From Octopus vulgaris (Eukaryota), in contig OX597831.1 of assembly GCA_951406725.2 (NCBI GenBank), positions 79,794,001 through 79,858,000 on the forward strand: a DNA stretch of 64,000 nt, read 5' to 3'. Below are positions 20,801 to 33,835 of this stretch, in pieces. Position 1 is the first letter of the stretch, and each line of letters starts with the position of its first letter. The notes under the pieces were generated by a model that was not told the origin of the DNA, ran no database searches, and saw nothing but the letters and a program-made list of their open reading frames with translations. The position numbers and the translations under genes are program-made.

Positions 20801-23800
20801 TGTAATTTCTCTTTCTTGAGAATTGAATTCCCTTTATTTTGAGTGGGCGGTCCCACTGTTAGCTGAGCCTGTACCCTTCTCCCCCATTTTAAAAAAGAAT
20901 AGTGACGAAATTCTTTATTAGTAAAAGAGAAAATTAAATACACTATTGTTCCTCACGAGGTAGGGCTTTGAGTCAAGTCCGGTGTTATTTTTAATGTTTT
21001 TCTAAGTTGGACTCAACCCCACCTAAGCTAGGCCTTAAAGCCTTGCTACCCCTCGCAGTAAAAGTAAAGTAAAAAAAAAAAATTGACTTCACTGAGGGGG
21101 TGTTATGTTGGGGTCGGTGAGGAAATAGGCTTATTATGTGAGGGCTAATCCCTCAACATATTATAAGTATAAATTAATGTAGTCCGGCTGAGAAGTCGTT
21201 GAAATGACTCATCTTTTATGCCCAAGGCATCTAGTGCAAGACTCGCTGGTAGGTACCACACGCACCGATTGGGAGTCCATGTACCTCTACCGGCCAGTTA
21301 AACTCCTGCAACTGCAATTGTTCAAGTGGACGGTACTTGCGCATTTTCTCGAGGGCAACCTCTTTCAAGGCGTCCCCCTGCTCAAATCTGATAGTCACAT
21401 CAACGACAACCACCTTTTCCGGACGACTAAAGACCAGGTCTGGTATCAACCTAGAGCCGTTTATAATATAAGACGGCTCTACACTGACGCTCCAACCATG
21501 GTCTACAGCTTCCTTAGCCACCAGGTCACATATTTTGTTGTGCCTGGCGAGTCGTGGCCCTTTAAGAGCACCACAGACTCCACTGACGTGAGATATTGTC
21601 TCTGCTCCTAATCTACACCTCGGACACGTTGAGTCACCACGGAGTCCACGTGTCAGAGTTTCACGGGTAGGGTAAACGTTGGAGCGCATCTACCCGGCCT
21701 ACTGATCCAACTATTGCCTATAGCATCCCCACGGTAAGCCGCCGCACACACTCCCTGCACCGGCTGGGCCGCCCATCGATGGGAGTGCACCAGCCGGATG
21801 TCAGGGTCGTATTTGGCCGCGTCCGCAGGAAGTAACGGGAAGTCGAAGGAAGCTATTAGTTGCTGGTTCTGTTCGGCTAATCCTGCAGAATCCGCAACCT
21901 TTCTCACTGAGACATATTCTGACATTAATAGGCGAAGGTTACGGCGAATGACTGACTTTGGTATTAGTCTCACCAATTGGTGAAGACTTAACCCTCCGCC
22001 TCGCCGGCTACTATGAAGGAAGGAAGATGAGGTAGAGTAGGGGAGATGAAGCATTCTTTTAGACCCCACGCGGATGGCCGTGTCAAGCCTCTCTAATATC
22101 CCCCTTGACGGCAAAGACTGCACCAGACCGTAAAAGAATCTAGGCAGGTAGTATCGTTGAAGCAAGAGGAATTTTTGTCGGGGTTTCAGCGGAGCACTGC
22201 ACATTTTATCAATGTCCAGTGACACCTGCTCCACTGAATTTAAGTCAAACTCCCGACTAGAGATTGAAGTCCACGTAGGGATGCCAACACCAAGATATAA
22301 TACCTTATCCCCTGGTTCTACCTTTTTGATAGTGATCCCATTAATCATCGGCGGGGTGCCATCATTGACGAGGTAGGACTTGCCCCAGCCGCGATGGAGA
22401 ACCACGCACATTTACCGATATTAAGCCCCAGTCCAACCGCGCTATAGAACTCCTGGCATCTATCCATAAGCGCCTGGAGCCCCTCACGCGATTTCGCAAC
22501 TAGGGCCATGTCGTCTGCGTACGCGATTCCATCCACACGGATCCCCTCAACATGCAAGTCCCCACAGCCGGATAACATATCTAGCAGTGGGTCCGTTGCA
22601 ATGTTAAAGAGGATCGGCGAGAGCGCATCCCCCTGTCTAACACCTCGACGAATCTCAATAGGTTCACTTAGTTGCCCATCGACTGAGAATCTGGTAGTGC
22701 TACCTTCGTAGATCCCCTCCACGAGCACTAAAACGTGTTCGTGGAACCCAAGTCTCCGCAGTCCCGCATACACCAATGAGTGCGAGACTGTGTCGAAGGC
22801 CTTGGAGAGATCCAAGAAGGCAACCTCCAGCCGCGGTATTCTCAGCCGTGCTGGCCTCCCCATCGCGCGAGTGACGAGCTGTCGCAGGAGAAATGAATTT
22901 TCACTGCAGCCGTCCGCGCGAATAAAGCCACGTTGACTTGGATTTAGGGGAGTTACCTGAAGCATGCGTTTGGCGACCATCTTCGAAAATAAACGATACA
23001 CCGCAGAGCATATCGTGATTGGCCGCCAATTTGCAAGATCGTATGGGTCGTCTGATTTCTTCGGTATCAAAATCGACTTCCCTCGCTTCAGGATCTCGGG
23101 CACTTTACCCGCCAGCAACATGCAGTTGCATATATTGGTTAAAACAGCTGGGTCCATTGCTTTGATTTCACCTATTGTGATACCATCTGGAACCGCCGCT
23201 GAGGAGATCTTCATTTGCTTCCTACTTACCTTAATCTCCTCCACGGAGAATGGACTCAAGATAGAGTCGTTCTCAACCTGGGAGGAGGAAGGGTATTTCT
23301 TCAGATCTACCTCAGGGCCTGGAGCGGAAAGCCTGCCCTTATAAAATTCCTCTATAGCATAGATTGGAATAGGGTATTCCCGCTCCCTGTTTTCACCTAA
23401 CACCACTGCAAGGAGCTTCTTCCTATTTTTCCTAAATAAATCCTGATGTCGGGCATAAGCTTGACGCTTATCCCGACGCCTAGGCCTAAAGTTACTCGTG
23501 TTTGGTATATTTCTATCTCTAGCTAAATTTCTCCTGTTGTTGGTAACTTCCCTACGCGATTTATAGTGCTCCACCCAGTCCTCTATAGCATTCTCAAATG
23601 AGCCCCAAGCAATCGCTGTCCCGTCCTCCACGAGTTCCAACAGGGCCTCGGAGAAGACTGCAGACCAGCGGGTGTGCCCGGGGCATGCAGAACCGGGGAA
23701 GAGATCCTTCCAGTCAGAACTAGACTGGGGTTCTCCCCCGATTAGTGATTGGGAATTAGTAGTGGTAGTGGACTGTTCTGACCCTTGATGACTCTTGTGA

Positions 23801-26106
23801 GCCCTTTTGGCCAGAACCGCCCTTTTCGACCCCACCTGTTTAGCTGTTTTATCAGGTAGGAATCGTGCAATGGCTGCATTGATTTGCTTAACCCCTGTCT
23901 TCATCAGTTCAAACTCCTTTTCGACGAGGACCGCTACTTCCTCGTCAGACCAACAGCCCCTGCGTCTTTGGCCAGTTGCCTCCGCAGTGGCTGCCCGATC
24001 TGCACGTTTCTTTGCTATTTCTTCCAGGCGAGCAGCAATCCTGCGGGCATTCGCCACAACAGGATGCTTATGCCAAATGTGCTGTGATCGACCTATAGCC
24101 GTCAAAAAAGAACGGCTACAGTGGTCACACTTAAAAGAGGCTGGAACCGGACTAGGGGCAAGTGCTCTAAATACACTGCCATCACATCTACCAGCGTGAC
24201 ACCTCAGAGAGTGTAGGTGACCGCTTTCCCTATCACACTTAATGCATCTGTAGACAGGTCTAATACCATGTCTACAGATAACATGTTCTCCCCAATCCTG
24301 GGGGGGGGGGGGGGTAGAAGCGCAGAGGACATAGCGGGCAGGCTATGGAGCAAGACGCGCAGGGAATAGTAACTGAGAATTCTCTACCACTAGGAGTGGG
24401 GCTTGATACCCCCACTTCCTCCTCTCGATCCATTTCTAAATAAAGAGAATGGTTGGGGAGGTCCCTAGCATCGCCCTCTCTGCCCGTCTCTAACGAAAAC
24501 CGGACTTCATCGATGGGGTCATGTGCTAGGTCCAGTGGGAGTTGTTCTCCTCTTACTATCAGGGAATGTTCTCTATATTTTAAACTAAATATACCTTTCC
24601 TATTACTATAATACTTCAGTGTCGGACGCAAAAAGAGCGCCCGACACTGGTCGTGTCAAAGCCTATTGAGCCACTTATACTTACTCGCACCGGAGATGAC
24701 TCATTGTCCCGTGCAAGGGAGGGTAATCTTTCGGCCAATTGCAACTGGTTAGTACAGTCGGCCTGACGTGTGGGCCCCATCCGGACTCACAGGCCACCAG
24801 CTTGGCGGCGCCTGGCTGCCGTGTGTTTCTAAAATTATTGTTAGATCATCACTATTCTTGGCGGCATTTTACTAGGGAACCTAGCCAAAACGATAAAGTT
24901 AAACTTAAAGGAAGTGCAAAGCCAACCCCACCAAGATCGGCAAGCTAACGCCACTAACCTAACCAAAGAAACCCTAACGGCCGCTCAACCAAGAATAAAG
25001 AGACAGAAGCAAGTAGCCACCCCTCCGAGAACTAATTCCCCCAGAGAACATCCGGGGGACCTGTCTAGGCTAGACGGGACCCGTGAGTGTATCTACCCCA
25101 GACCTAAAGCGGTGGACAAGAAAGAGCCACCTTATGATAAGTCCTACGATATATCCTTTTACAGGAAACCTCAACCGGCGTGTGAGGCGATAAAACACGC
25201 TCTAGGTTAATATAGAAGATACGGCTATATCCCTCCCTTCACAACAACCGGCTAGAACATTAACACCAATAAGGCGCCCATCTCTAGGGCATTTCACCCC
25301 CATAATGGAAGCAAACGAGAGGGTCTTCACTCTACACTGCTAAGAGGCCACAGCCCGACTATATAGAGCCGGACAGTCCCCATCTACAGCCCATGAAGGG
25401 CTCCAATCCTCCCTAACACCGCAAATGGGTACCTATCTCACAGGCCCCTCGACACCGGCACGGGAAAATCCCGGCGATCCATATAACTGAACCAACCAGA
25501 ACCCCCGGCCCCTAACTGCACCAGATTTCCATTCATTGGCTCCATAGAGCCATGAGCTTCATCCCTATGAGAGGAGAACCGCACACCAAATGACCAAAAA
25601 CATAAGCTAGCTAACCGGGTCTTAAGAGACCAAATGGGGAAACTAAAGCACGGCCAGCAGCCGCTCAACCTAACCAGTAGGGGGGCACGCACCTCCCTAT
25701 CAGAATCACCTAGGAACCACGAGCTCCCCACCAAATTAAATTTGGAACCGCTTTGGAGAAAGGACACGTTTAGTTTGTCCAATGCGGGGTTATTATCCGG
25801 CATTGCATAAAGCACATCCGGCATCGACCCCGCATGGACGTAAGCTCTCTTACCACGCCAAGGTAGTGTCCAAAAGGGTGGAGCCTGGCAGTGCATCTAC
25901 CTGGCAGTGCATCTACCTGGCAGTGCATCTACCTGGCAGTGCATCCACCTGCCGAGTAAAAAACAATGAGCAAAGCCCACTGAATCCCGACAGGTCATAA
26001 CATACCAGGTCATAACATACCAGGTCATAACATACCAGGTCATAACATACCAGGCCTACGTGTTAATGCATCCACCTCAAAAGAGGTCATAAGAAACAGG
26101 CCCCAC
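20801..26106 (-). mobile_element. R2 retrotransposon copy 3 (full length, disabled) with precise 3' junction at the canonical 28S site
   Basis: ...gagaaattaca|TAGCCAAATGCCTCGTCATC; more diverged UTRs than copies 1, 2 and 4. Confidence 0.95.
21145..24867 (-). pseudogene. R2 ORF with frameshifts and small deletions
   Basis: ORF pieces 24272..24631, 22345..24105 (ZF3-Myb-RT continuous), 21653..22411, 21231..21689. Confidence 0.95.
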
Positions 26107-26113
26107 AAGAGTG
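25762..26113 (-). ncRNA. Predicted HDV-like ribozyme, R2 copy 3, with expanded J1/2
   Basis: Core as in copy 2; 16-mer x4 at 25884-25951 and 15-mer x4 at 25991-26054. Confidence 0.7.
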
Positions 26114-26161
26114 AAGCAGGCCCCACAAGAGAGGAAACAGGCCCCACAAGAGAGGAAACTA
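26094..26161. repeat. Head-to-tail R2 junction identical to 13281-13348
   Basis: Same triplicated unit including the aagagtgaagcagg variant. Confidence 0.92.
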
Positions 26162-29100
26162 TTTAATTCTCTTCTCGAGACTTCCCTATTTTATAGTGGG
26201 TGGTCCCACTGTCTCAATAGCCAGTACCCTTTCCCCCTTTTTAAAAGAAGAATAGTGACGAAAAAAACAAAATGTTAGTAAGAAACTAAATTCAAAATTC
26301 TCCTCACAAGGACGGGCGTAGTCATGTCCGGTGTTCTTTTTAATGAAAGTATTTTCTCAGTAGCACTCAACCCCACCGAAGCTAGGCTTTACCCGCCTAG
26401 CTACCCCTCGCAGTAAAAGTAAAGTAAAAAAAAAAAAAAAAAAAAAAAGACTTTTGGACTTCACTGAGGGGGTGTTATGTGGGGTCGGTGAGGGAATAGG
26501 CTTATATGTGAGGGCTAATCCCTCAACATATTGTAAGTGCAGATTAAAGAAGTCCGGCTGAGAAGTCGTTGAAATGACTCATCTTTTATGCCCAAGGCAT
26601 CTAGTGCAAGACTCGCTGGCCTGCACCAGGCCCCACAGGCACCGATTGGGGGTCCATGCACCTCCACCGGACAGTCAAACTCCTGCAACAGCAATTGTTC
26701 AAGTGGACGGTACTTGCGCATTTTCTCGAGGGCAGCCCCTTTCAAGGCGTCCCCCTGCTCCAATCTGATAGTCACATCAACGACAACCACCTTTTCCGGA
26801 CGACTAAAGACCAGGTCTGGTATCAGCCCAGAGCCGTTTATTATATAAGACGGCTCTACACTGACGCTCCAACCATGGTCTACAGCTTCCTTTGCCACCA
26901 GGTCACAAATTTTGTTATGCCTGGCGAGTCGTGGCCCTTTAAGAGCACCACAGACTCCACTGACGTGAGAAATGGTCTTTGCTCCTAATCTACATCTCGG
27001 ACACGTGGAGTCACCACGGAGTCCACGTGTCAGAGTTTCACGGGTAGGATAGACGTTAGAGCGCATCTTGAGTAAACTCAAGAAGCATCTCTCCGTTATC
27101 CTACCCGGCCTACTTATCCAACTATTGCCAATCACATCCCCACGGTAGGCCGCCGCACACATTCCCTGCACCGGCTAGGCCGCCCATCGATGGGAGTGCG
27201 CCAGCCGGATGTCAGGGTCGTAATTGGCCGCGTCCGCAGGAAGTAACGGCAGGTCGAAGGAAACTATAAGTTGTTGGTTCTGTTCGGCTAATCCTGCAGA
27301 ATCCGCAACCTTTCTAACTGAGACATAATCGGACGTTAATAGGCGAAGGTTACGGCGAATAACTGATTTTGGTATTAGCTTCACCAATTGGTGAAGACTT
27401 AATCCTCCATCTCGCCGGCTGCTATATAGGAAGGTAGAGTAGGGGAGATGTAGCATCCTCTTGGCCCCCACACGGATGGCCGTGTCAAGCATCTCTGACG
27501 TCCCTCTCGCCGGCAAAGCCTGCACCAGACCATAGAACAGTCTGGGCAGGTAATAGCTCTGCAGCAAGAGGAACTTTTGTCGGGGTTTCAGCGGAGCCCT
27601 GCACATTTTATCAATGTCCAGTGACACCTGCTCCACTGAATTTAAGTTTGACTCCCGACTAGAGATAGAAGTCCACGTAGGGATATTAACACCAAGATAT
27701 GATACCTTATCTCCCGGCTCTACCTTTTTGATAGCGATCCCATTAATCATCGGCGGGGTGCTATCATTGACGAGGTAGGACTTGCCCCAGCCGCGAATGG
27801 AGAACCACGCACACTTACCGACATTAAGCCCCAGTCCAACCGCACTATAGAACTCCTGGCATCTATCCATAAGAGCCTGGAGCCCCTCGCGCGATTTCGC
27901 AACTAGGGCCATGTCGTCCGCGTACGCGATTCCATCCATTCGGATCCCCTCAACATGCAAGTCACCACAGCCGGATAACACATCAAGCAGTGGGTCCGTT
28001 GCAATGTTAAAGAGGATCGGCGAGAGCGCGTCCCCCTGTCTAACACCTCGACGAATCTCAATAGGTTCTCTTAACTGCCCATCTACTGAGAATCTGGTAG
28101 TACTACCTTCGTAAATCCCCTCCACGAGCACTAAAACGTGTTCGTGGAATCCAAGCCTCCGCAGTCCCGCATACACAAGCGAGTGCGAGACACTGTCGAA
28201 AGCCTTGGAGAGATCTAAGAAGGCAACCTCGAGCCGCGGTATTCTCAGTCGTGCTGGCCTCCCCATCGCGCGAGTGACGAGTTGTCGTAGGAGAAAAGAG
28301 TTCTCACTACATCCGTCCGCGCAAATAAAGCCACGTTGACTTTGATTTAGGGGAGTTACCTGAAGCATGCGTTTGGCGACCATCTTTGAAAATAAACGAT
28401 ATACCGCAGAACATATCGTGATTGGCCGCCAATTCGCAAGATCGTATGGGTCGTCTGATTTCTTCGGTATCAAAATCGACTTCCCTCGCTTCAGGATCTC
28501 GGGTACTTTACCCGCCAGCAACATGCAGTTGCATATATTGGTTAAAACAGCTGGGTCCATTGCTTTGATTTCACCTATTGTGATACCATCTGGACCCGCC
28601 GCTGAGGAGATCTTCATTTGCTTCCTACTTACCTTAATCTCCTCCACGGAGAATGGACTCAAGATAGTCGTTCTCAACCTGGGAGGAGGAGGGGTAGTTT
28701 TTCAGATCTACCTCAGGGCCTGGAGCGGAAAGCCTGTTCTTATAGAATTCCTCTATTGAAAAGATTGGAATAGGGCATTCTCGCTCCCTGTTTTCACCTA
28801 ACACAACTGCAAGGAGCTTCTTCCTATTTTTCCTAAATAAATCATGATGTCGGGCATAAGCTTGACGCTTATCCCGACGCCTAGAGCTAGATTTGTATAG
28901 ATTGGAGGTATGTCTATCACTATCTATATTCCTCTTGTTGTTGGTAACTTCCCTACGCGATATATAGTGCTCCACCCAGTCCTCTATAGCATTCTCTATA
29001 GCCCCAAGCAATCGCTGTCCCGTCTTCTCAAATGAGCCCCAAGCAATCGCTGTCCCGTTCCAACAGGGCCTCGGAGAAGACTGCAGACCAGCGGGTGTGC

Positions 29101-31409
29101 CCGGGGCATGCAGAACTAGACTGGGGTTCTCCCCCGATTTGTGATTGGGAATTGGTAGTGGTAGTGGACTGTTCTGACCCTTGATGACTCTTGTGAGCCC
29201 TTTTGGCCAGAACCGCCCTTTTCGACCCCACCTGTTTAGCTGTTTTACCAGGTAGGAATCGTGCAATGGCTGCATTGATTTGCTTAACCCCTGTCTTCAT
29301 CAGTTCAAACTCCTTTTCGACGAGGACCGCTACTTCCTCGTCGGACCAACAGCCCCTGCGTCTTTGGCCAATTGCCTCAGCAGCGGCTGCCCGATCTGCA
29401 CGTTTCTTTGCTATTTCTTCAAGGCGAGCAGCAATCCTGCGGGCATTCGCCACAACAGGATGCTTATGCCGAACGTGCTGTGAACGACCTATAGCCGTCA
29501 AAAAAGAACGGCAACAGTGGTCACACTTAAAAGAGGCTGGAACCGGACTAGGGGCAAGTGCTCTAAATGCACTGCCATCACATCTACCAGCGTGACACCT
29601 CAGAGAGTGTAGGTGACCGCTTTCCCTATCACACTTAATGCATCTGTAGACAGGTCTAATACCATGTCTACAGATAACATGTTCTCCCCAATCCTGGGGG
29701 GAGGAGAAGCGCAGAGGACATAGCGGGCAGGCTATGGAGCAAGACGCGCAGGGAATAGTAAGTGAGAATTCTCTACCACTAGGAGTGGGGCTTCATACCC
29801 CCACTTCCTCCTCTCGATCCATTTCTAAATAAAGAGAATGGTTGGGGAGGTCCCTAGCATCGCCCTCTCTGTCCGTCTCTAACGAAAACCGGACTTCATC
29901 GATGGGGTCATGTGCTAGGTCCAGTGGGAGTTGTTCTCCTCTTACTATCAGGGAATGTTCTCTATATTTTAAACTAAATATGTCTTTCCTATTTCTATAG
30001 TACTTCAGTGTCGGACGCAAAAAAGAGCGCCCGACACTGGTCATGTTGAAGCCTAATGAGCCACTTGTACTTACTCGCACCGGAGATGACTCGTTGTCCC
30101 GTGCAAGGCAGGGTAGTCTTTCGGCCAACCGCATTTGGTTTGTGCGGTCGGCCTGACGTGTGGGCCCCATCCCGGACTCACAGGCCACCAGTTTGGCGGC
30201 GCCTGGCTGCCGTGTGTTTCTAAAATTATTGTTAGACATCACTATTCTTGGCGGCATTTTACTAGGGAACCTAGCCGAAACGATAAAGTTGAACTTAAAG
30301 GAAGTGCAACGCCAACCCCACCAAGATCGGCAAGCTACGCCACTAACCTAACCAAAGAATCCTAACGGCCGCCCAACCGAATCAAGAGACAGACAGCAAG
30401 TAGCCACCCCTCCGAGAACTAATTCCCCCAGAAGATATCCGGGGGACCAGTCTAGGCTAGACGGGACCCGTGAGTGTATCTACCCCAGACCTAAAGCGGT
30501 GAACAAGAAAGAGCCACCTTATGATAAGTCCTACGATATATCCAATTACGGAAACCTCAACCGGCGAGTGAGGCGATAAAACACGCTCTAGGCTAATATA
30601 GAAGATACGGCTATATCCCACCCGTCACAACAACCGGCTAGAACATTAACACCAATAAGGCGCCCATCTCTATGGCATTCACCCCCATAATGGAAGCAAA
30701 CGAGAGGGCCTTCACTCCACACTGCTACGAGGCTACAGCCCGACTATACGAGCCGGACAGTCCCCCATCTACAGCCCGTGAAGGGCTCTATTCCCTAACA
30801 CCGCAACTGGGTACCTAACTCACAGGCCCCTCGACACCGGCACGGGAAAAACTGGCGATCCATATAACTGAACCAACCAGAACCCCCGGCCCCTATCTGC
30901 ACCAGACCACTATTCATTGGCTCCATAGAGCCATGACCTTCATCCCTTTGAGAGGAGAACCGCCCACCAACTGACCAAAAATAACAGCAAGCTAACCGGG
31001 TCATTAAAGACCAAATAGGGAAACTAAGGCACGGCCAGCGGCCGCTCAACCTAACCAGCAGGGAGGCACGCACCCCCCTATCAGAATCGCCTATGAACCA
31101 CTAGCTCCCCACCAAATTAAATTTGGAACCGCTTTGGAGAAAGGACACGTTTAGTTTGTCCAAAGCGGGGTCATTATCCGGCATTGCCTAAAGCATATCC
31201 GGCATCGACCCCGCATGGACGTAAGCTCTCTTACCACGCCAAGGTAGTGTCCGAAAGGGTGAAGCCTGATAGTGCATCCACCTGGCAGTGCATCCACCTG
31301 CCGAGTAAAGAACAATGAGCAAAGCCCACTGAATCCGACAGGTCATAACATACCAGGCCTACCTGTTAATGCATCCACCTCAAAAGAGGTCATAAGAAAC
31401 AGGCCCCAC
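26162..31409 (-). mobile_element. R2 retrotransposon copy 4 (full length, disabled; near-duplicate of copy 2)
   Basis: Same 3' UTR, same TAG/TGA stops and same 5' flank as copy 2. Confidence 0.95.
26515..30257 (-). pseudogene. R2 ORF with stops, frameshifts and a local rearrangement
   Basis: ORF pieces 29793..30257, 29028..29501, 28634..29275, 27175..28677, 26515..27171. Confidence 0.95.
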
Positions 31410-31418
31410 AAGAGAGTC
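31143..31418 (-). ncRNA. Predicted HDV-like ribozyme, R2 copy 4
   Basis: Same fold as 18336-18611, including the GACTCTCTT P1 strand. Confidence 0.78.
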
Positions 31419-31495
31419 GAAGTTACTCCCGCCGTTTACCCGCGCTCTCTTTGGAACTTCTTCACTTTGACATTCGGGGCAGCGGGGCAGAAATC
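31410..31495 (-). pseudogene. Diverged 28S upstream-of-target fragment (identical to 18603-18688)
   Basis: aagagagtcgaagttactcccgccg...gcggggcagaaatc. Confidence 0.88.
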
Positions 31496-32797
31496 TACCA
31501 CAGGGCCTGGAGCGGAAGCCTGCCCTTATAAAATTCCTCTATTGAATAGATTGGAATAGGGCATTCTCGCTCTCTGTTTTCACGTAACACAACTGCAAGG
31601 AGCTTCTTCCTATTTTTTCTAAATAGATCCTGATGGCGGGCATAAGCTTGACGATTATCCCGTCGCTTAAGTCTAGTGTTTCTATTGTTGTTATTATTAC
31701 TATCACTAACTAAATTCCTCCTGTGTGTGGTTACTTCTCTACGCGATTTATAGTGCTCCACCCAGTCCTCTACAGTTTTCTCAAATGAGCCCCAAGCAGC
31801 CGCGGTCCCGTCCTCCACGAGTTCCAATAGGGCCTCGGAGAAGACTGCAGACCAACGGGTATGCCCGGGGCATGCAGCATCGAGGAAGTGATCCTTCCAG
31901 TCAAAACTAGACTAGGGTTCTCCCCCGATTTGTGATTGGGAATTGGTCGCGGACTGCTCTGACCCATGACGACTCTTACGAGCCCTTTTGGCCAGGTCAG
32001 CCCTTTTCGATCCCACCTGTTTGGCTGTTTTACCCGGTAGGAATCGTGCAAGAGCTGCATTGATCTGCTTTACCCCTGTCTTCTTCAGCTCAGACTCCTT
32101 TTCAACGAGGACCGCTACTTCCTCGTCGGACCAACAGCCCCTGCGTCTTTGGCCTATTGCCTCGGCAGCGGCTGCCCGATCGGCACGTTTCTTTGTAATT
32201 TCCTCAAGGCGAGCAGCAATCCTGCGGGCATTTGCCACTACAGGATGCTTATGTCGAATGTGCTGCGATCGACCTACGGCCGTCAAAAAAGAACGGCTGC
32301 AGTGGTCACAATCAAAGGAGACTAGAGCCGGACTAGGGGCAGACGCTCTAAATGCACCACCATCGCACCGACCCGCGTGACACCTTATAGAGTGGAGGTG
32401 CCCGCTTTCCCTATCACATTTACTGCATTTGTATACAGGCTTAATGCCATGTCTACATGTAACGTGCTCCCCCCAATCATGGGGGTAGGAGAAGCGCAGA
32501 GGACATAGCGGACAGGCTATGGAGCATGACGCGCAGGGAATTGTAAGTGAGAATTCACTCCTAACTGGAGTGGGGCTTGATACCCCCACTACCTCCTCTT
32601 GATCCATTTCTAAATTAAGAGAATGAATGGGGAGGTCCCTAGCGACCCCATCTCGGTCCGTCTCTAAATCAGAAGACCGGACTTCATCGATCGGGTCAAG
32701 TGCTAGGTCCAGTGGGAGTTGATCACCTCTCACTATCAGGGAATAGTCACTATATTCTAATCTAAAGATATTCTTTTTGTTTTTGTAGTACTTCAGT
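31496..32797 (-). mobile_element. R2 copy 5: internal fragment (N-terminal region, 3 ZFs, Myb) of a more diverged variant
   Basis: ORF 31912..32733 has all three zinc fingers and Myb in one frame; 31495..31827 continues toward RT. Confidence 0.92.
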
Positions 32798-32835
32798 GCT
32801 TAAGTTCGGCGGGTAATCGCGTCCGAGTCGAGGGC
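32797..32835 (-). rRNA. 28S rRNA 5'-terminal fragment
   Basis: tgcttaagttcggcgggtaatcgcgtccgagtcgagg matches the reverse of the conserved 28S start (ACCCGCTGAATTTAAGCA). Confidence 0.8.
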
Positions 32836-33234
32836 AGCGTGAAAAAAGAAGAGTTCACCGCTACGAAGAGACGGCTGCTGGTCATGGTGCTCGCAAAGCG
32901 TGCAAGCCCCGTCGTCCGAGCGCCATATGGGCGGGCCGACGCCGGCAGGGTGGTTGCGCGGTCGGCGGCAGAGAGTGCGGCAAGTTGGCGGGCTGCCGCG
33001 ACTGCTACTGCTGCGCTGTTAGAGGGCCAAAACAAGAGCATTCGGTGGTACCCGGGCGAGGGGGCCCGTCCGCGACTTGTGTGTGTGGCTCGGCAAGTTT
33101 CGCGAAGAAACTGCGCGCTAGGAGGCGAGGAACAACGGCCGCGCGTTACGGTGGTCATAGGAAGGCGCCGGGCAGAGCCCACGGCCTAGGACGAATCGCG
33201 ACTTGAAATGGGCGGATCGTAAAAACCACGGCGC
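32836..33234 (-). other. Shortened ITS region, no recognisable 5.8S
   Basis: ~400 bp GC-rich sequence between the 18S 3' end and the 28S 5' end. Confidence 0.65.
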
Positions 33235-33292
<58 letters not shown>

Positions 33293-33399
33293 AGCGATCG
33301 GGTTCGGTCGTCTTCTCCGGGCCATCAGAGAACGCGCCGACGACGGCGCGGAACTCGTCGGCTAGATCCGAGGACCTCACCAGATCCGAGGACCGTTCG

Positions 33400-33442
<43 letters not shown>

Positions 33443-33835
33443 GATAGACGCGGGCTGATGACCCGCGCCTACCGGGAATTCCTCGTTCACGGGGTTGGTT
33501 CCAGGCCCCGATCCCTATCACGGGAGGTGGTTCAGAGGTTTCCCAACCCTCTCGGGCCGGGGGAGACGCGCCCGCTGATACCTCCAGTGTAGCGCGCGTG
33601 CGGCCCCGGATATCTAAGGGCATCACAGACCTGTTATCGCTCCGCCTCGTGCGGCTTTCTGCCACCCGTCCCTCTAAGAAGCGCTGCGTTCGCCAACCGA
33701 CTGGCCCGGAGACGACGGCGGGCCGCCGCCGGGCTCGCGCGGGCCGAGCCGACCGAGTCACCGCCGCCGCTCCGCGACCGCCCCCGCGAGGGGGACGGCG
33801 GCCGCAGCGCCGGACGCGAAGGAGAGCGGCGACAA
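33235..33835 (-). rRNA. 18S rRNA 3' fragment (truncated in V7)
   Basis: taatgatccttccgcaggttcacctacggaaaccttgttacgactt, gacgggcggtgtgtacaaagggcagggac, aagggcatcacagacctgtt. Confidence 0.95.
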
